Made by a program: the position numbers and the translations under genes. A stretch of 64,000 nt of DNA, from positions 71,307-135,306 of IMG/VR virus record IMGVR_UViG_3300031867_000009; one strand, written 5' to 3'. The DNA comes from a virus (lineage: Duplodnaviria; Caudoviricetes). This document shows positions 46,871-57,142 of this stretch, piece by piece. The notes below the pieces were generated by a model, which worked only from the letters and a program-made list of their open reading frames with translations, did not search any database and had not been told where the DNA came from. Numbering within the stretch: position 1 is the first letter of the stretch; each line of letters opens with the position of its first letter.

Positions 46871-47512
46871 TTACCACATTTTACAATCGTAGTTAAGTCC
46901 GTCTAACTCGATACATTTCATTAAGATTTTATACTCGATTTCACTATCAGACAATGCCGTATGTTCTTCTACAAACTGATTGTCAAAGAAATAACGAGCG
47001 ACTATTTCCGCAGTATATCTGTTTGCATTTCTTGCGGTGGTATAACCATTATCAATGCAGAATTGACGATAATTTTTATCTGTTTTCAAAACTTCTCTTG
47101 AATATGCGAGTATATCACAAAACGAGGTTGCATAAGGAAAGAAATATCTATACTTTGATTTTGTAAGGTATCTCTGTGTTGTTGCGAGTGCGCAATAATC
47201 AAATCTGCAATTATACGCATAAACCTTTGTTATGTTGTTCTCTTTCATTATGTGGCGAAGTGTCCACATTATGTTTTTGAAAGAAGTTAGAGTTCTCAAA
47301 CCACTTTTAATCTCTTTCCAATATGTTGGGATTTTTTCTGCGAAGTATGCCGAAGCCATAAGTTCTTTATTGCAGAAAATGTCTGCGTTTACGAACGAAT
47401 GTTTGGAATAGATAGTTCCATTGTAGTCTGCGACTATAAAGCCACAATCATAAACGAGTGCGTCATCGAGTGAGTTCGTGGTTTCAGTATCTATGATAAG
47501 TATTTTTTCCAT
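46871..47512 (-). CDS. DEDDh 3'-5' exonuclease
   Basis: IIDTETT, AYNCRFD and HTALSD motifs. Confidence 0.9.
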   Translation of the reverse strand: MEKILIIDTETTNSLDDALVYDCGFIVADYNGTIYSKHSFVNADIFCNKELMASAYFAEKIPTYWKEIKSGLRTLTSFKNIMWTLRHIMKENNITKVYAYNCRFDYCALATTQRYLTKSKYRYFFPYATSFCDILAYSREVLKTDKNYRQFCIDNGYTTARNANRYTAEIVARYFFDNQFVEEHTALSDSEIEYKILMKCIELDGLNYDCKMW

Positions 47513-47651
47513 TTGTGTTTGTTCCTTTCTTTTATCTTACAATGTAATTATAAGCGATTTATTATGGGAAGTCAATACTTTTTTTATGTTTTTTTATGTT
47601 TTTCTGTCGTTAATTTTTTAACAAGGCGGCCCGGGCCAATTTGACACATAA

Positions 47652-47819
47652 CTAATATGTGTCATATCCTAATATTTCGGCTTCCCATTCTGAAACTATA
47701 TCGAGAAGTATTGGTTCTTCAAAATATGTGTATGCACATGTATATGCTTTTTCTTTTGTGTCAGTATGTACGAAAAATTCTTCGCCACTAACTCTATCAT
47801 AGAACAGATATTCTTTCAT
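47652..47819 (-). CDS. Small hypothetical protein
   Basis: GAGGAGG RBS before ATG 47819; ends AEILGYDTY. Confidence 0.7.
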   Translation of the reverse strand: MKEYLFYDRVSGEEFFVHTDTKEKAYTCAYTYFEEPILLDIVSEWEAEILGYDTY

Positions 47820-48216
47820 TTCAATCCTCCTCTTCTGATAATTCTTCGATAGAATCATAATATGAATCTGTTTCGTAAGAATAATCAATCATATCCAATG
47901 CTTCATCTACTGTATTCGCTTCAATGATATATTCAGTTGTCATTGTAATACGATAAGTTTTCATTTGTCTATCTCCTTTCTTTTGATACTTAATTATACC
48001 AATAATTTAAAATTTTGTCAACACCTAAATTTAAAAAAGTTTGTTGTTAATTTATTAACAATCGCGCCCGGTCAATGCCCGGGCCGGCGCGAACGTATGT
48101 TCGTTTTCTGCGAACGAAAAAACGCACTTGCGTGCGTTTCTTCTTGAAAGGAGGTGAAAGAAATGAAATCTTGTAAGTGGGGTGGGACTTATGCGTGCCC
48201 ACTATACGCTTATTTG

Positions 48217-48546
48217 TTAGGCGAGAAAGTAACCTTTCTGCGTTCCCTTTCCCTTAACCTTAACATCGACTGACTGAACGCCCTCGACTTTCTTAACGAG
48301 TGCCGATGCTTTCTGCGTTGAAATCTCGCAGAGTTCCGCAATCTTCGATGCGAGCATTGGCTCATCTGTGAGAACTCTCGAAATTGCTTCGATGATTGGC
48401 TCATTAGCAATCTGTGTCTTTGACTTGGTGTTTGCTCTCTTTGCGTTGCGAGCGTCAAGTTTTGCGATTGCTTCGCTTGCGAATGAGGTCATTTCCTCGT
48501 TGATGTTAGCGTTGATAACTGCGTTGTAGAAATCTCTGTTTGTCAT
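48217..48546 (-). CDS. Paralog family A protein, copy 2
   Basis: MTNRDFY...AIAKLDARNAKRA...ISTQKASALVKKVEGV...KGKGTQKGY. Confidence 0.85.
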   Translation of the reverse strand: MTNRDFYNAVINANINEEMTSFASEAIAKLDARNAKRANTKSKTQIANEPIIEAISRVLTDEPMLASKIAELCEISTQKASALVKKVEGVQSVDVKVKGKGTQKGYFLA

Positions 48547-48951
48547 AGTTTTTAGTTCCTTTCTTTTTTAACTCTTTAACTTGTGTCTTTATTATAACTG
48601 ATTTGTTTGGGTTTGTCAAGACTTTTTTAGAACTTTTTTAATTTTTTTATTCTGTTCTTTTCCATTCCTCTTGACAATTATATTTTAGCACTTTGGCTTT
48701 GTTTTGTCAAGGGGTTTTTCAAACTTTTTTTATTTTTTATTTTGAAATCCTTTTAAGGTTTTGCGTTCAAGACCGTTGACGTCATTGGTTTCTCGACTTA
48801 CTTATCCCCTTGACACTTATAATTATAATGATTTTTCCGCAGAAGTCAATACTTTTTTTAAAAGTTATTTTTTTAACAATCGCGCCCGGGCACGTTCAAA
48901 CATATGTTCGACCGGCCGCGAATGTATATTTATACATAAAAATGAGAACCT

Positions 48952-49386
48952 TTACAGAAAGGCTCTCATTTTCTTTATTAAATCTTTTTCATCGAGTGCA
49001 ATTCCATTCCATTCGTTTCTGTTGTGTTCTTCATCATCAAACAGAATACCTTTTGCAAGTGATGTTTTTGGTGTTCCGTAGTCTACGATATAAACATTAT
49101 CGAACTTTACGCTTGGAATGTGAGTTTCAAACCATTCAAGTTTAGTCTGTTTAACTCTTGCGTTATATTCTTTTGTTCCATTCTTTGAAGTCCACGAAAT
49201 GATATTTACTTTCCAACCTTTATTCTGTAATTCGTGAATTGTTCTTGCGAACCATACAAGATTTACAAGTGGTTTTGCTTCTCTGTATGGTCTAACATCT
49301 TCATTGATAAGGTCATCGAGCCAACCATTCACGCCATAGAGATTGATGAATGTTCCGTCGCAATCGAGATTGATAATTTTTGTCAT
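48952..49386 (-). CDS. HAD-superfamily (5'-nucleotidase-like) protein
   Basis: LDCDGT motif I, IISW, K..W, and ILFDD...N. Confidence 0.8.
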   Translation of the reverse strand: MTKIINLDCDGTFINLYGVNGWLDDLINEDVRPYREAKPLVNLVWFARTIHELQNKGWKVNIISWTSKNGTKEYNARVKQTKLEWFETHIPSVKFDNVYIVDYGTPKTSLAKGILFDDEEHNRNEWNGIALDEKDLIKKMRAFL

Positions 49387-50081
49387 TTCTGTTTTCCTCT
49401 CTTTCTTTCTTTGTATCTATATTATAGACTATTTATGAGAGTTTGTCAAGTCTTTTTTAAAAATTTCTTCACAAATTTTATTTAGTTTTTCGTTGCCGTC
49501 TCTCTCTTTCATTCTCGAAAGCAGACCGCTATTTTCTTTTAAAAGTCTTTCTAATTCTTTCATATCACACCTCTTTTTTCTTTATTATAAGCGATAAGTT
49601 TAAGGAAGTCAATGCCCTTTTATGTTTTTCTTTGTATTTCCGTTGTGAAAAAATTCACAATCGCGCCCGGTCGACTTTGTTGTTAATTTATTAACAATCT
49701 ACGTATAAGTTCGCGCGATGTAAAGTTTCCTTGACATCGCGCGAGTATACATATTTCTTTAATTTTCAAAAAAAGTTGCTTCGGCTTCAAACCAATTACG
49801 CAAATAGATAATAGTTTTTTCATAATCTTCATCAGAAAAATTATTTCTCATTACTTCATTTATTAAAAAAGTTTTTACTTTTTCTGCTACTTCTATTGTT
49901 TTATCCATTTTTATTCTCCTTTCTTATTACACTTATATTATAATCAAATTATTTCAATTTGTCAATACTTTTTAAAAGTTATTTTTTTAACAAATGACCG
50001 GACCAATGGACCGGCCCGCGCGAACATATGTTCGATATGTTCGCAATAAAAAAGGGTTAGCGAGTGCTAACCCCTTAAAGG

Positions 50082-50411
50082 CTATGCGAAGAAGTATCCC
50101 TTCTGTGTGCCCTTGCCCTTTACCTTGACATCGCACACGCTGACACCCTCAACCTTCTTGACAAGTGCGCTTGCCTTCTGTGTGGAGATTTCCATTTCCG
50201 AAGCAAGTTCGCTTGCGAGTTTCGGCTCAGATGTGAGAAGCGAAGCAATCTTCTCGATGAGTGGTGCGTTTTCTTTCTGTGTCTTGGTAGGTGTGGACGC
50301 TCTCTTTGCGTTGCGTGCATCGAGTTTTGCGATTGCATCTGTGGCGAAAGCCTTGAGTTCATCGTTGAGGTCAGAATTAACGATTGCTGTGAAGAATTCT
50401 CTGTTAGTCAT
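50082..50411 (-). CDS. Paralog family A protein, copy 3
   Basis: Closely similar to 48217-48546 along its full length. Confidence 0.85.
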   Translation of the reverse strand: MTNREFFTAIVNSDLNDELKAFATDAIAKLDARNAKRASTPTKTQKENAPLIEKIASLLTSEPKLASELASEMEISTQKASALVKKVEGVSVCDVKVKGKGTQKGYFFA

Positions 50412-51382
50412 AGTTTTGTTTTCCTTTCTTTTTTTATTAACTCTTTATTTTGTGATTATATTGTATCAGATTTAAGATGATTAGTCAAGAGGTTTTTTCA
50501 ATTTTTTTTCATACCTCTCTTTTTAAAGTGATTTGAGGATTCACTATCCTCTTGACTAATCTCAGTACTTGCTTTGGATTTATCCTTTTCACTTAGTGAA
50601 TGTCGGCACCTCTGCTTTCCCTTTTCTTATTTATATTGTAGCAAACTTTTGAGTGTTTGTCAATACCTTTTTTATGTTTTTTTGTTTTTTTGTCAAGGGG
50701 AACTTGTCAATCGAATTACCTTCCGCGCGCGTTGAAGTTTCTACCTTATCCCCTTGACAATTATATTGTATCACATTTCTGTGAAAGTGTCAAGAGGTAA
50801 ATCTCACTTTTTTGGATTTTACTGCCTTAAGGACTTACTACCGCGAAGTATCTTGATTTCCCCTTGACACTTATAATTATACTGATTTTTATTAGGAAGT
50901 CAACCCCTTTTTATGTTTTTATATCGAAACAATCGCGTTAAATTTTTCACAAGCGCGCCCGGACCATGGACCGGACTAAACGAACATATGTTCGATGAAG
51001 AGGGATCCGCGCAATAAAAAACTTCGACTAACAGTCGAAGTCGTAGCAACCCATATATGGGTTAAACCCGCATTCGTCACAATCGGGTTCATAGTCGAAG
51101 AACTCATCTCCGAGTTCTTCGAATGCCTCATCGAGGCACGCCTCTTCCATAGTGACGGCGTATTCCATTACATCGAGTTCTTCGTAAAGCATTGTGTTCT
51201 CCTTTCGATTTCTTTGTTATTGTGTAAGGCTCCATTATCCCGTCTTACTGCCTTGCGTGAGGACTTATTGCGTTCCCTTACTGTATCTATAGTATAGCAT
51301 ACCTTTGTGATGTTGTCAATACCTTTTTAAAAATTTTTTACTCGGTTTCTGTTGCCAAGCACCGAGGGACTCCGAATCTTAT

Positions 51383-51601
51383 TCAGTGGCGAGGTCTGCA
51401 TCCGTAGCAATCTTTGAAGAGATCGGAGTAGATTGCCCAATCCATTGGGTCATTACTCTCACACGCTCTGAGGTAAGCATCATGCTGTGCCTGCCATGCG
51501 TTGCGTTCATCTTCGATTGCTCTCTGCTCCTCTTCGAAAGCCTGAATGGTTTCTTCGGAGAGGTAGCACACACACCCGCGAATGGTGTATTCTCGAAGCA
51601 T
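51383..51601 (-). CDS. Hypothetical protein (cassette)
   Basis: Own promoter and RBS; ends YSDLFKDCYGCRPRH. Confidence 0.75.
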   Translation of the reverse strand: MLREYTIRGCVCYLSEETIQAFEEEQRAIEDERNAWQAQHDAYLRACESNDPMDWAIYSDLFKDCYGCRPRH

Positions 51602-52585
51602 TTAATTGTCTCCTTTCCTTTACTGTATCTATATTATAGCACGGTTTCGGTGTTTTGTCAATACCTTTTTAAAAAATTTTTTATTTTTTTTCGCCCCATA
51701 CACGCGCCCGTGCGTTTCCTGCGCCGGATCCGGCCCGGACACAATCGCACATATGTTCGTTTTCTTAAATAAAAAAAATAGACCTTGCGGTCTATCTTCT
51801 GATTTCGAATTCCTCTTGTCTTTCGAAAGTTTCAAGATATTCGATTGCTTCTGCGAGTGTTGCGAATGACCATTCAAAACCTGAGTCGATGTGAGTGAGT
51901 GTATACATTGTTTTTTCTCCTTTCCTTACCTTGTGTCTATATTATAGCATGAATCTGAAACTCTGTCAAGACCTTTTTTAAAATTTTTTTTAATTGGCTC
52001 GTATTCCTTCACGCGCCCGAGCGTGGCGCGGGAGTCCTAGCGACTCCTATTGCTCTAGGGCTTAACTTATGTCATCGCGCGGTTCCGCCCGTGCCCGCGC
52101 TTACTTAGGAAGTTTCATTCGGTTGTCTCCTTTCCTTTGATGATTTAATGATACCACATTTAAATGTTGATTGCAATACCTTTTTAAAAATTTTTTTATT
52201 TTGTTTGGGAGTCTAGAGGTCTTCCCCCATTTCCGACTCCCAAACATCGCAACCCCACCAGAGTTCGTGGAGTTCACACTCTGCGGCGAGTGGGCAACCC
52301 TCGCAAGTGTGACCCTCTGTAATATCGAATGTGCGGACGATTGCCATCATTTCTTTTCTTGTCATTTTAGTTTCTCCTTTCGGCTACCTTTATCTTACAA
52401 TGTAATATTACCATATCTGCAATGCCCTGTCAATAACTTTTTTCAAATTTATTAAAAAATTTTTTTCGCACATATGTTCGTCTGCGTGATCCGGACCGGA
52501 TCCGGTTTGATCCGGTCAGGCCATACCGGCCCGCAAGAGTACGTCTGTAAGGCCGTATTTTGCTCTATAACGAAAGAAATCACCT

Positions 52586-53059
52586 TTAGGCGACCCTTTC
52601 TTCGAACCACTTAATCATCTTTCCGCTTGTCTTAATTCTGACCTTTGTAGAGTGTTTATCCCATGTTGCAAAGTTTGTGGTGAACTCTCTGAACTCTTCC
52701 ATATTCATATTGTAGATTGTAACTTCTTCATCTATGATAATTACATAATCCACGTTTGTTGAGTGTGTTCTGCGGAAATACTCTGCGAGAAAATCTTCTT
52801 TGTTATCTGCGAGTTTTTCATCGGTGAGACCGCATCCGTTCGACTTGATTGATGTTCTTGTTTCCTCAATGTCCGAACCTTTATCGAACTTTGTGTTGGC
52901 GTCTTTCTTTGGCTCAAAACCTCTGATTGCTTTGCACACCACTTCGGAAAATTCTCCGCCGTTCTTGTGAGTTGTTTCACCTTCGATGAGGTAGTGGCTA
53001 CGTGGGTGATTTGCGTCGTATGTGTAATTGATTGGCATTGTTGCGATTGTCTTTGTCAT
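52586..53059 (-). CDS. Hypothetical protein, possible PD-(D/E)XK-like fold
   Basis: NGGEFSE...D..FDKGSDIE....SIKS; own promoter and RBS. Confidence 0.7.
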   Translation of the reverse strand: MTKTIATMPINYTYDANHPRSHYLIEGETTHKNGGEFSEVVCKAIRGFEPKKDANTKFDKGSDIEETRTSIKSNGCGLTDEKLADNKEDFLAEYFRRTHSTNVDYVIIIDEEVTIYNMNMEEFREFTTNFATWDKHSTKVRIKTSGKMIKWFEERVA

Positions 53060-53170
53060 GGCTTTGTTTCCTTTCTTTATCTCTTTCCTTTGACAATTAT
53101 ATGATACCACTTTGCTACCGCCCTGTCAATACTTTTTTTAAACTTTTTTAAATTTTTTTTCGCGCGGGCG

Positions 53171-53337
53171 CGGTTGCGAAAACGTTTTCGCAACCGATTC
53201 AACTATTCCGATATAACTAATTTTCGGAATAGTTGAGTGAACGAAATTTCAACGGTTTGAAGGTCGAAAATCGCTAACTATTCCCTAAAAACTAATTTTC
53301 GGAATAGTTGAACCGGCCGCGAACGAAAACGTTTTCG
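53171..53337. repeat. Composite palindrome block
   Basis: Perfect 26-bp CGGTTGCGAAAACGTTTTCGCAACCG, a second CGAAAACGTTTTCG at 53324, and two AACTATTCC...GGAATAGTT inverted repeats between them. Confidence 0.9.
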
Positions 53338-53369
53338 CAGTGGGCAATAAAAAACGGACTTGCGTCCGT

Positions 53370-53660
53370 TTAAATCATATTATATCCGAGTGATTGATGT
53401 TTTCTTGCTATCTCGATAACTTTCTTATCTTCAATGCCATATCTTTTAATCTGATTTGGTCTTGCGATTAACTTCGTTATCATTTTGTTTGTTTTTTCGT
53501 TTCTGATAATGATAATTCCGTTTGTTGTGATTGTGTGGAGTTCTGCACCATTTGGATGTCCTTTGTCAACCCTTACTGTTTTGATTTCTTTGCCTACACC
53601 GATTTCTCTGATGAGTTTCTCTCTGATGATGCGGTCTCTGTTGTAATGTCTGCTTGTCAT
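53370..53660 (-). CDS. Hypothetical basic protein (cassette)
   Basis: Own promoter, RBS and terminator. Confidence 0.8.
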   Translation of the reverse strand: MTSRHYNRDRIIREKLIREIGVGKEIKTVRVDKGHPNGAELHTITTNGIIIIRNEKTNKMITKLIARPNQIKRYGIEDKKVIEIARKHQSLGYNMI

Positions 53661-53823
53661 TGTTTTGATCTCCTTTCCTTTCTTTCTGTCTATAGTATAG
53701 CATAGAAGTGAGACCCTGTCAATACCTTTTTATGTTTTTTCTTGTATTTACTTTGTTGTTAATTTATTAACAAAGTCCGGACCGCATCGAACATATGTTC
53801 ATTTTTGTGCAAATAAAAAAGGG

Positions 53824-54183
53824 CTATTCGCCCTTTTCCGCAATCTCCTTTTTACGTTCTCTTATTTCTTTATCCTTTGCAATTTTCTTTGCCTTTTTCT
53901 CGGCATTTTCTTTTGCCTTGCGTTCTTTCTCTTTGAGTTTCATTTCATAATCCTCAGCGAGTTCAAAACCATCATAAGGCTCAAGACCTTTGTTTGCTCC
54001 CGTTGGAACTTTTACGGTTACAACGATAAAATCTTCATTGCCCTCACAACCTACAACGGGAATTGCAATCTCATTTGATTTAACTCTCAAAACTTGTTCG
54101 TCTTTGTCAAGAAAGTTCTCGATAATCTGTTTCAGATAATCCTCTCTCAAAAGTTCTCTTTCTACTTTTCTTGATACTGCCAT
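53824..54183 (-). CDS. Paralog family B protein, copy 2
   Basis: MAVSRK.ERELxR...; AGAAAGGAG RBS before ATG 54183. Confidence 0.85.
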   Translation of the reverse strand: MAVSRKVERELLREDYLKQIIENFLDKDEQVLRVKSNEIAIPVVGCEGNEDFIVVTVKVPTGANKGLEPYDGFELAEDYEMKLKEKERKAKENAEKKAKKIAKDKEIRERKKEIAEKGE

Positions 54184-54612
54184 AATTTTTTCTCCTTTCT
54201 TATTTTCTATAATTATTATATCATATTTTAATAAAAAAGTCAAGTTTTTATTTTAAAACAATCCAACCATAAACGGCACATAGAACATAAGAGGAAGCGA
54301 CAGCAAGAACAGAAAACCAAAGAACTCATGTTCGTAAACCTCAACAAGAACGGCACAAACCAAAGCGAATATAACCCAAAGTATAAATATAATCATTAAC
54401 ATTTTTATTTTCTCCTTTCTTATCTTTTGTAATTACATTATAACAGAAATGAAGAGGAAATGCAACTATCTTAACATTTATTAATAGAACAGAACATATG
54501 TTCGTGCGCGCCCGGTCGAAAGTTTGTTGTTAAATTATTAACAAAGTGGCCCGGATGAACGGCCGGGCGCGCATGAACGTATATTCGAATACGTAATAAA
54601 AAATATGTTGTG

Positions 54613-54798
54613 CTATATAAGCACAACACACTCTCTATTCTTTGCTACCCAAGCATAATCTTCACACTTGCCATAGTATCTTTCTGATTGTATTACTTCT
54701 ATATCTGTGGTTCGTGTATTACACTCATCAAACACTACTATATCAAGTTCTTTATTCTCTATCTGTTCAAGTTCTTTTATTAATTCCTTAACCGTCAT
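54613..54798 (-). CDS. Small phage protein (MTVKELI..L family)
   Basis: Own promoter and RBS. Confidence 0.7.
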   Translation of the reverse strand: MTVKELIKELEQIENKELDIVVFDECNTRTTDIEVIQSERYYGKCEDYAWVAKNRECVVLI

Positions 54799-55291
54799 TT
54801 TTCTTTCTCCTTTCTTTTATCTATCTATATTATAGACTATCTACAACCATTTGTCAAGTCTATTTTTATTTATTTTTTCTCTTTTCTTTCTTTTATCTGT
54901 ATAACTTCCTGTTCTAAATGGAATGTCTTGCGGTGGTCTTGTCTGTTTTAAAACATCAAGTCCACTAATTGTTCCAACCTTTATATTCTTCTTCTTTGCC
55001 ATCTCTACGCCCTCCCTAAATGTTCAAGTCTCATAGGTATCACTCTGATGTATACCTTTGTTAGTTCGTCTGTTGTCTTTCTCATCCAATGGTTGCGGTC
55101 TGTCTCTTTAATGCAACCGAGTATTATCATTCTGTTTATCATTTCTGTTTTTGTCATTTCGATCACTTCCTTTCTTTTGTTATTTACATTATAAATGAAT
55201 GAATAGGAATTGTCAAGTGTTTATTTTGTTTTTCTTTGTACTAAGTTTGTTGTTAAATTATTAACAAACTATCTCAATAAAAAGAGGACTT

Positions 55292-55531
55292 TTAGTCCTC
55301 TACATATAACCAAGATTCGAACTCTACATAATCATAAGGTACATTGAACTTCTTTGCAACTTCATCAATTTCTTCTCTTGATGCTATTCTATCTGCGAAG
55401 AGTGCTTCGATTGCTTCTTCGTATTCTTCGTTTCTATCTGCGAGTGCTTCAATAACTGCTTTATCCATTTCTTCTCTTGCTTTCATTGAGAGTGCTTCCA
55501 TATCGTATGTTCCTCTTACTTCGTACTTCAT
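55292..55531 (-). CDS. Hypothetical acidic protein (cassette)
   Basis: Own promoter and RBS. Confidence 0.75.
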   Translation of the reverse strand: MKYEVRGTYDMEALSMKAREEMDKAVIEALADRNEEYEEAIEALFADRIASREEIDEVAKKFNVPYDYVEFESWLYVED

Positions 55532-55762
55532 TTTCTTTTCCTACCTTTCTGTTTTCTGTTTTTCTCTTTTCTATGTCTATATTATAGCAATAAATCCCGG
55601 ACTTGTCAATACTTTTTTTAAATTTATTTTGTTTTTTTATGCACTAACTTTGTTGTTAATTTATTAACAATCTCCCTACTATATACACTCGTTAATAAAT
55701 TAACAACAAACTTCCGAACATATGTTCGGGGGAAAACTCCCCTAAAAAAAGAATGAGAGTTT

Positions 55763-56227
55763 TTATCCTCTCATTCTTATCATCTGTCCTTCATTTATGA
55801 AGGTTGCTTTTTCAAACTTTATCTGATACTTTACTCCGTCAACTGTGAGGTCTCCGTCAACTGTGTATGGCACATTGTCCTTTGTCCAAGTCTGTCCGAA
55901 GTACTCTGTTACTAACTTCTCGACTATCTCACCCTTGTTGTACTTGCTCTCTGCTACGAGTGTGTTGAACATCTCTGTTGAGCAAAGCACGAATGACTTA
56001 CCGCTCATCAGTGCGACCTTCTCACTGTTGTTAGGCTTGAAGCGGATTGAGTATCCCTGTCCTTTGCTTGCCTTGTCGAGTTTAACGCCTGTGTTGAAGA
56101 GCGTCTCACTTGTTGTCTCTACTGCGATGATGTTGCCTTTGTAGTTGAAAGCTACGATGTAGTTGTGAGTTGCGCTTGTCTCGTTGTAGAAGTTGATGAG
56201 TGTATTTCTGATGATTGTCTTTTCCAT
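55763..56227 (-). CDS. Hypothetical protein, possible PD-(D/E)XK-like fold
   Basis: NKGEIVE...DNVPY...GDL......YQIKF; leader nearly identical to that of 52586-53059. Confidence 0.7.
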   Translation of the reverse strand: MEKTIIRNTLINFYNETSATHNYIVAFNYKGNIIAVETTSETLFNTGVKLDKASKGQGYSIRFKPNNSEKVALMSGKSFVLCSTEMFNTLVAESKYNKGEIVEKLVTEYFGQTWTKDNVPYTVDGDLTVDGVKYQIKFEKATFINEGQMIRMRG

Positions 56228-56613
56228 TGTTCTGTTCCTTTCTTTATCTCTCCCTTGTTTCTGTCTATAGTATACTCTCATAGTCCGGATTTGTCAAGCA
56301 CTATTTTAAAATTTGTTTTGTTTTTATATCCGTACAATCGTGTTAAACTTTTAACAATCTATCTACTTACTTCTGAGGAGAAACACCATTGTTGATTGTT
56401 AAATTCTTAACAAGCCACGGACTAATGACCGACTGATGAAGAGGGACGCTTTAGCACTTTAGCGTGCTAAAGCGCGACGGACTGTGGTCAGAGGGAATTG
56501 AAAACGAACGTATGTTCGTTTTCAACTTCGAACGTTTGTTCGTCGAAAATCTCCATAAAGGGGGTATTTCTTTTAACTCGACCCCATTAAAAAAATCCCT
56601 TCCATTTAAGGAA

Positions 56614-56677
56614 GGGACTCCGATTTTTTACAAAAGTAGTTCCTACAACGGGACTCCGATTTTTTACAAAAAGTAGT
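56614..56677. repeat. 27-bp direct repeat
   Basis: GGGACTCCGATTTTTTACAAAA(A)GTAGT at 56614 and 56650. Confidence 0.9.
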
Positions 56678-56803
56678 GTCAGAATTAGCTTGTGAAATTT
56701 TTAACAAAGGATCGGCAGGTACCGGGGTATGTTCTCGGAAAAGAACGTTTGTTCTCAGCCAAATTCACCGGCGCCTGGAAAATAAACTCCACGAAATCAA
56801 AAA

Positions 56804-57142
56804 TCAAATATAATATCCTTTTCGCTTACCCTTCTTCGTCTTTACATCGCAACTACGTATTCTCCCCTCTCGTATGAGGTTCGTACAAATCGCCGTCAAA
56901 CGCTGTCGCGCGAACGTAGACCCGACCAACTCGGCTAACTCATCGATCTGAACCGGTTCGCTCGCCTGAAGCAGTGCCGCATAAATACGTTCTTCCACTT
57001 CTTTATTTTCGCTATAATTCTGATTCTCCCGTGCATGGGTGCGATGGACATCGAGTTTCTCCAACTCCCTTTTACAATCGGCAATTAACTCCTCGTTAAT
57101 TTCTCCCCTAATAACCATCTCAAGTCTTTCTCTACGTGTCAT
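56804..57142 (-). CDS. Paralog family A protein, divergent copy 4
   Basis: MTRRE.L...I.GEINEEL......LEKLD...EP....ELAE......Q...A....L.......DVK.KKG.RKGY. Confidence 0.75.
   Translation of the reverse strand: MTRRERLEMVIRGEINEELIADCKRELEKLDVHRTHARENQNYSENKEVEERIYAALLQASEPVQIDELAELVGSTFARQRLTAICTNLIREGRIRSCDVKTKKGKRKGYYI

Larger units (their letters stand above)
45796..56707. promoter_or_regulatory. Dispersed Rex-box-type palindromes (TTGT(T/G)AA-N4-TT(A/C)ACAA)
   Basis: At 46433, 48044, 49643, 49680, 53756, 54527, 55250, 55653, 56396 and 56690; near matches at 45796, 46828, 47606, 50935, 55689 and 56340. Confidence 0.75.
45634..56755. promoter_or_regulatory. Dispersed LexA/SOS-box-type palindromes (GAAC-N4-GTTC)
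   Basis: At 45634, 45647, 45719, 45887, 46468, 48090, 50021, 50981, 53788, 54491, 55715, 56505, 56529 and 56742; one-mismatch copies at 48897, 51746, 52467 and 54574. Confidence 0.8.

Noticed and set aside
56447-56474. CIRCE/HrcA operator
   Set aside because: The half-sites resemble TTAGCAC, but the spacing is 6 nt instead of the 13 nt in CIRCE.
43597-56760. CRISPR array or integron attC cassette array
   Set aside because: The repeats are short, irregularly spaced palindromes separated by genes with their own promoters; no cas or integrase gene is in the window.
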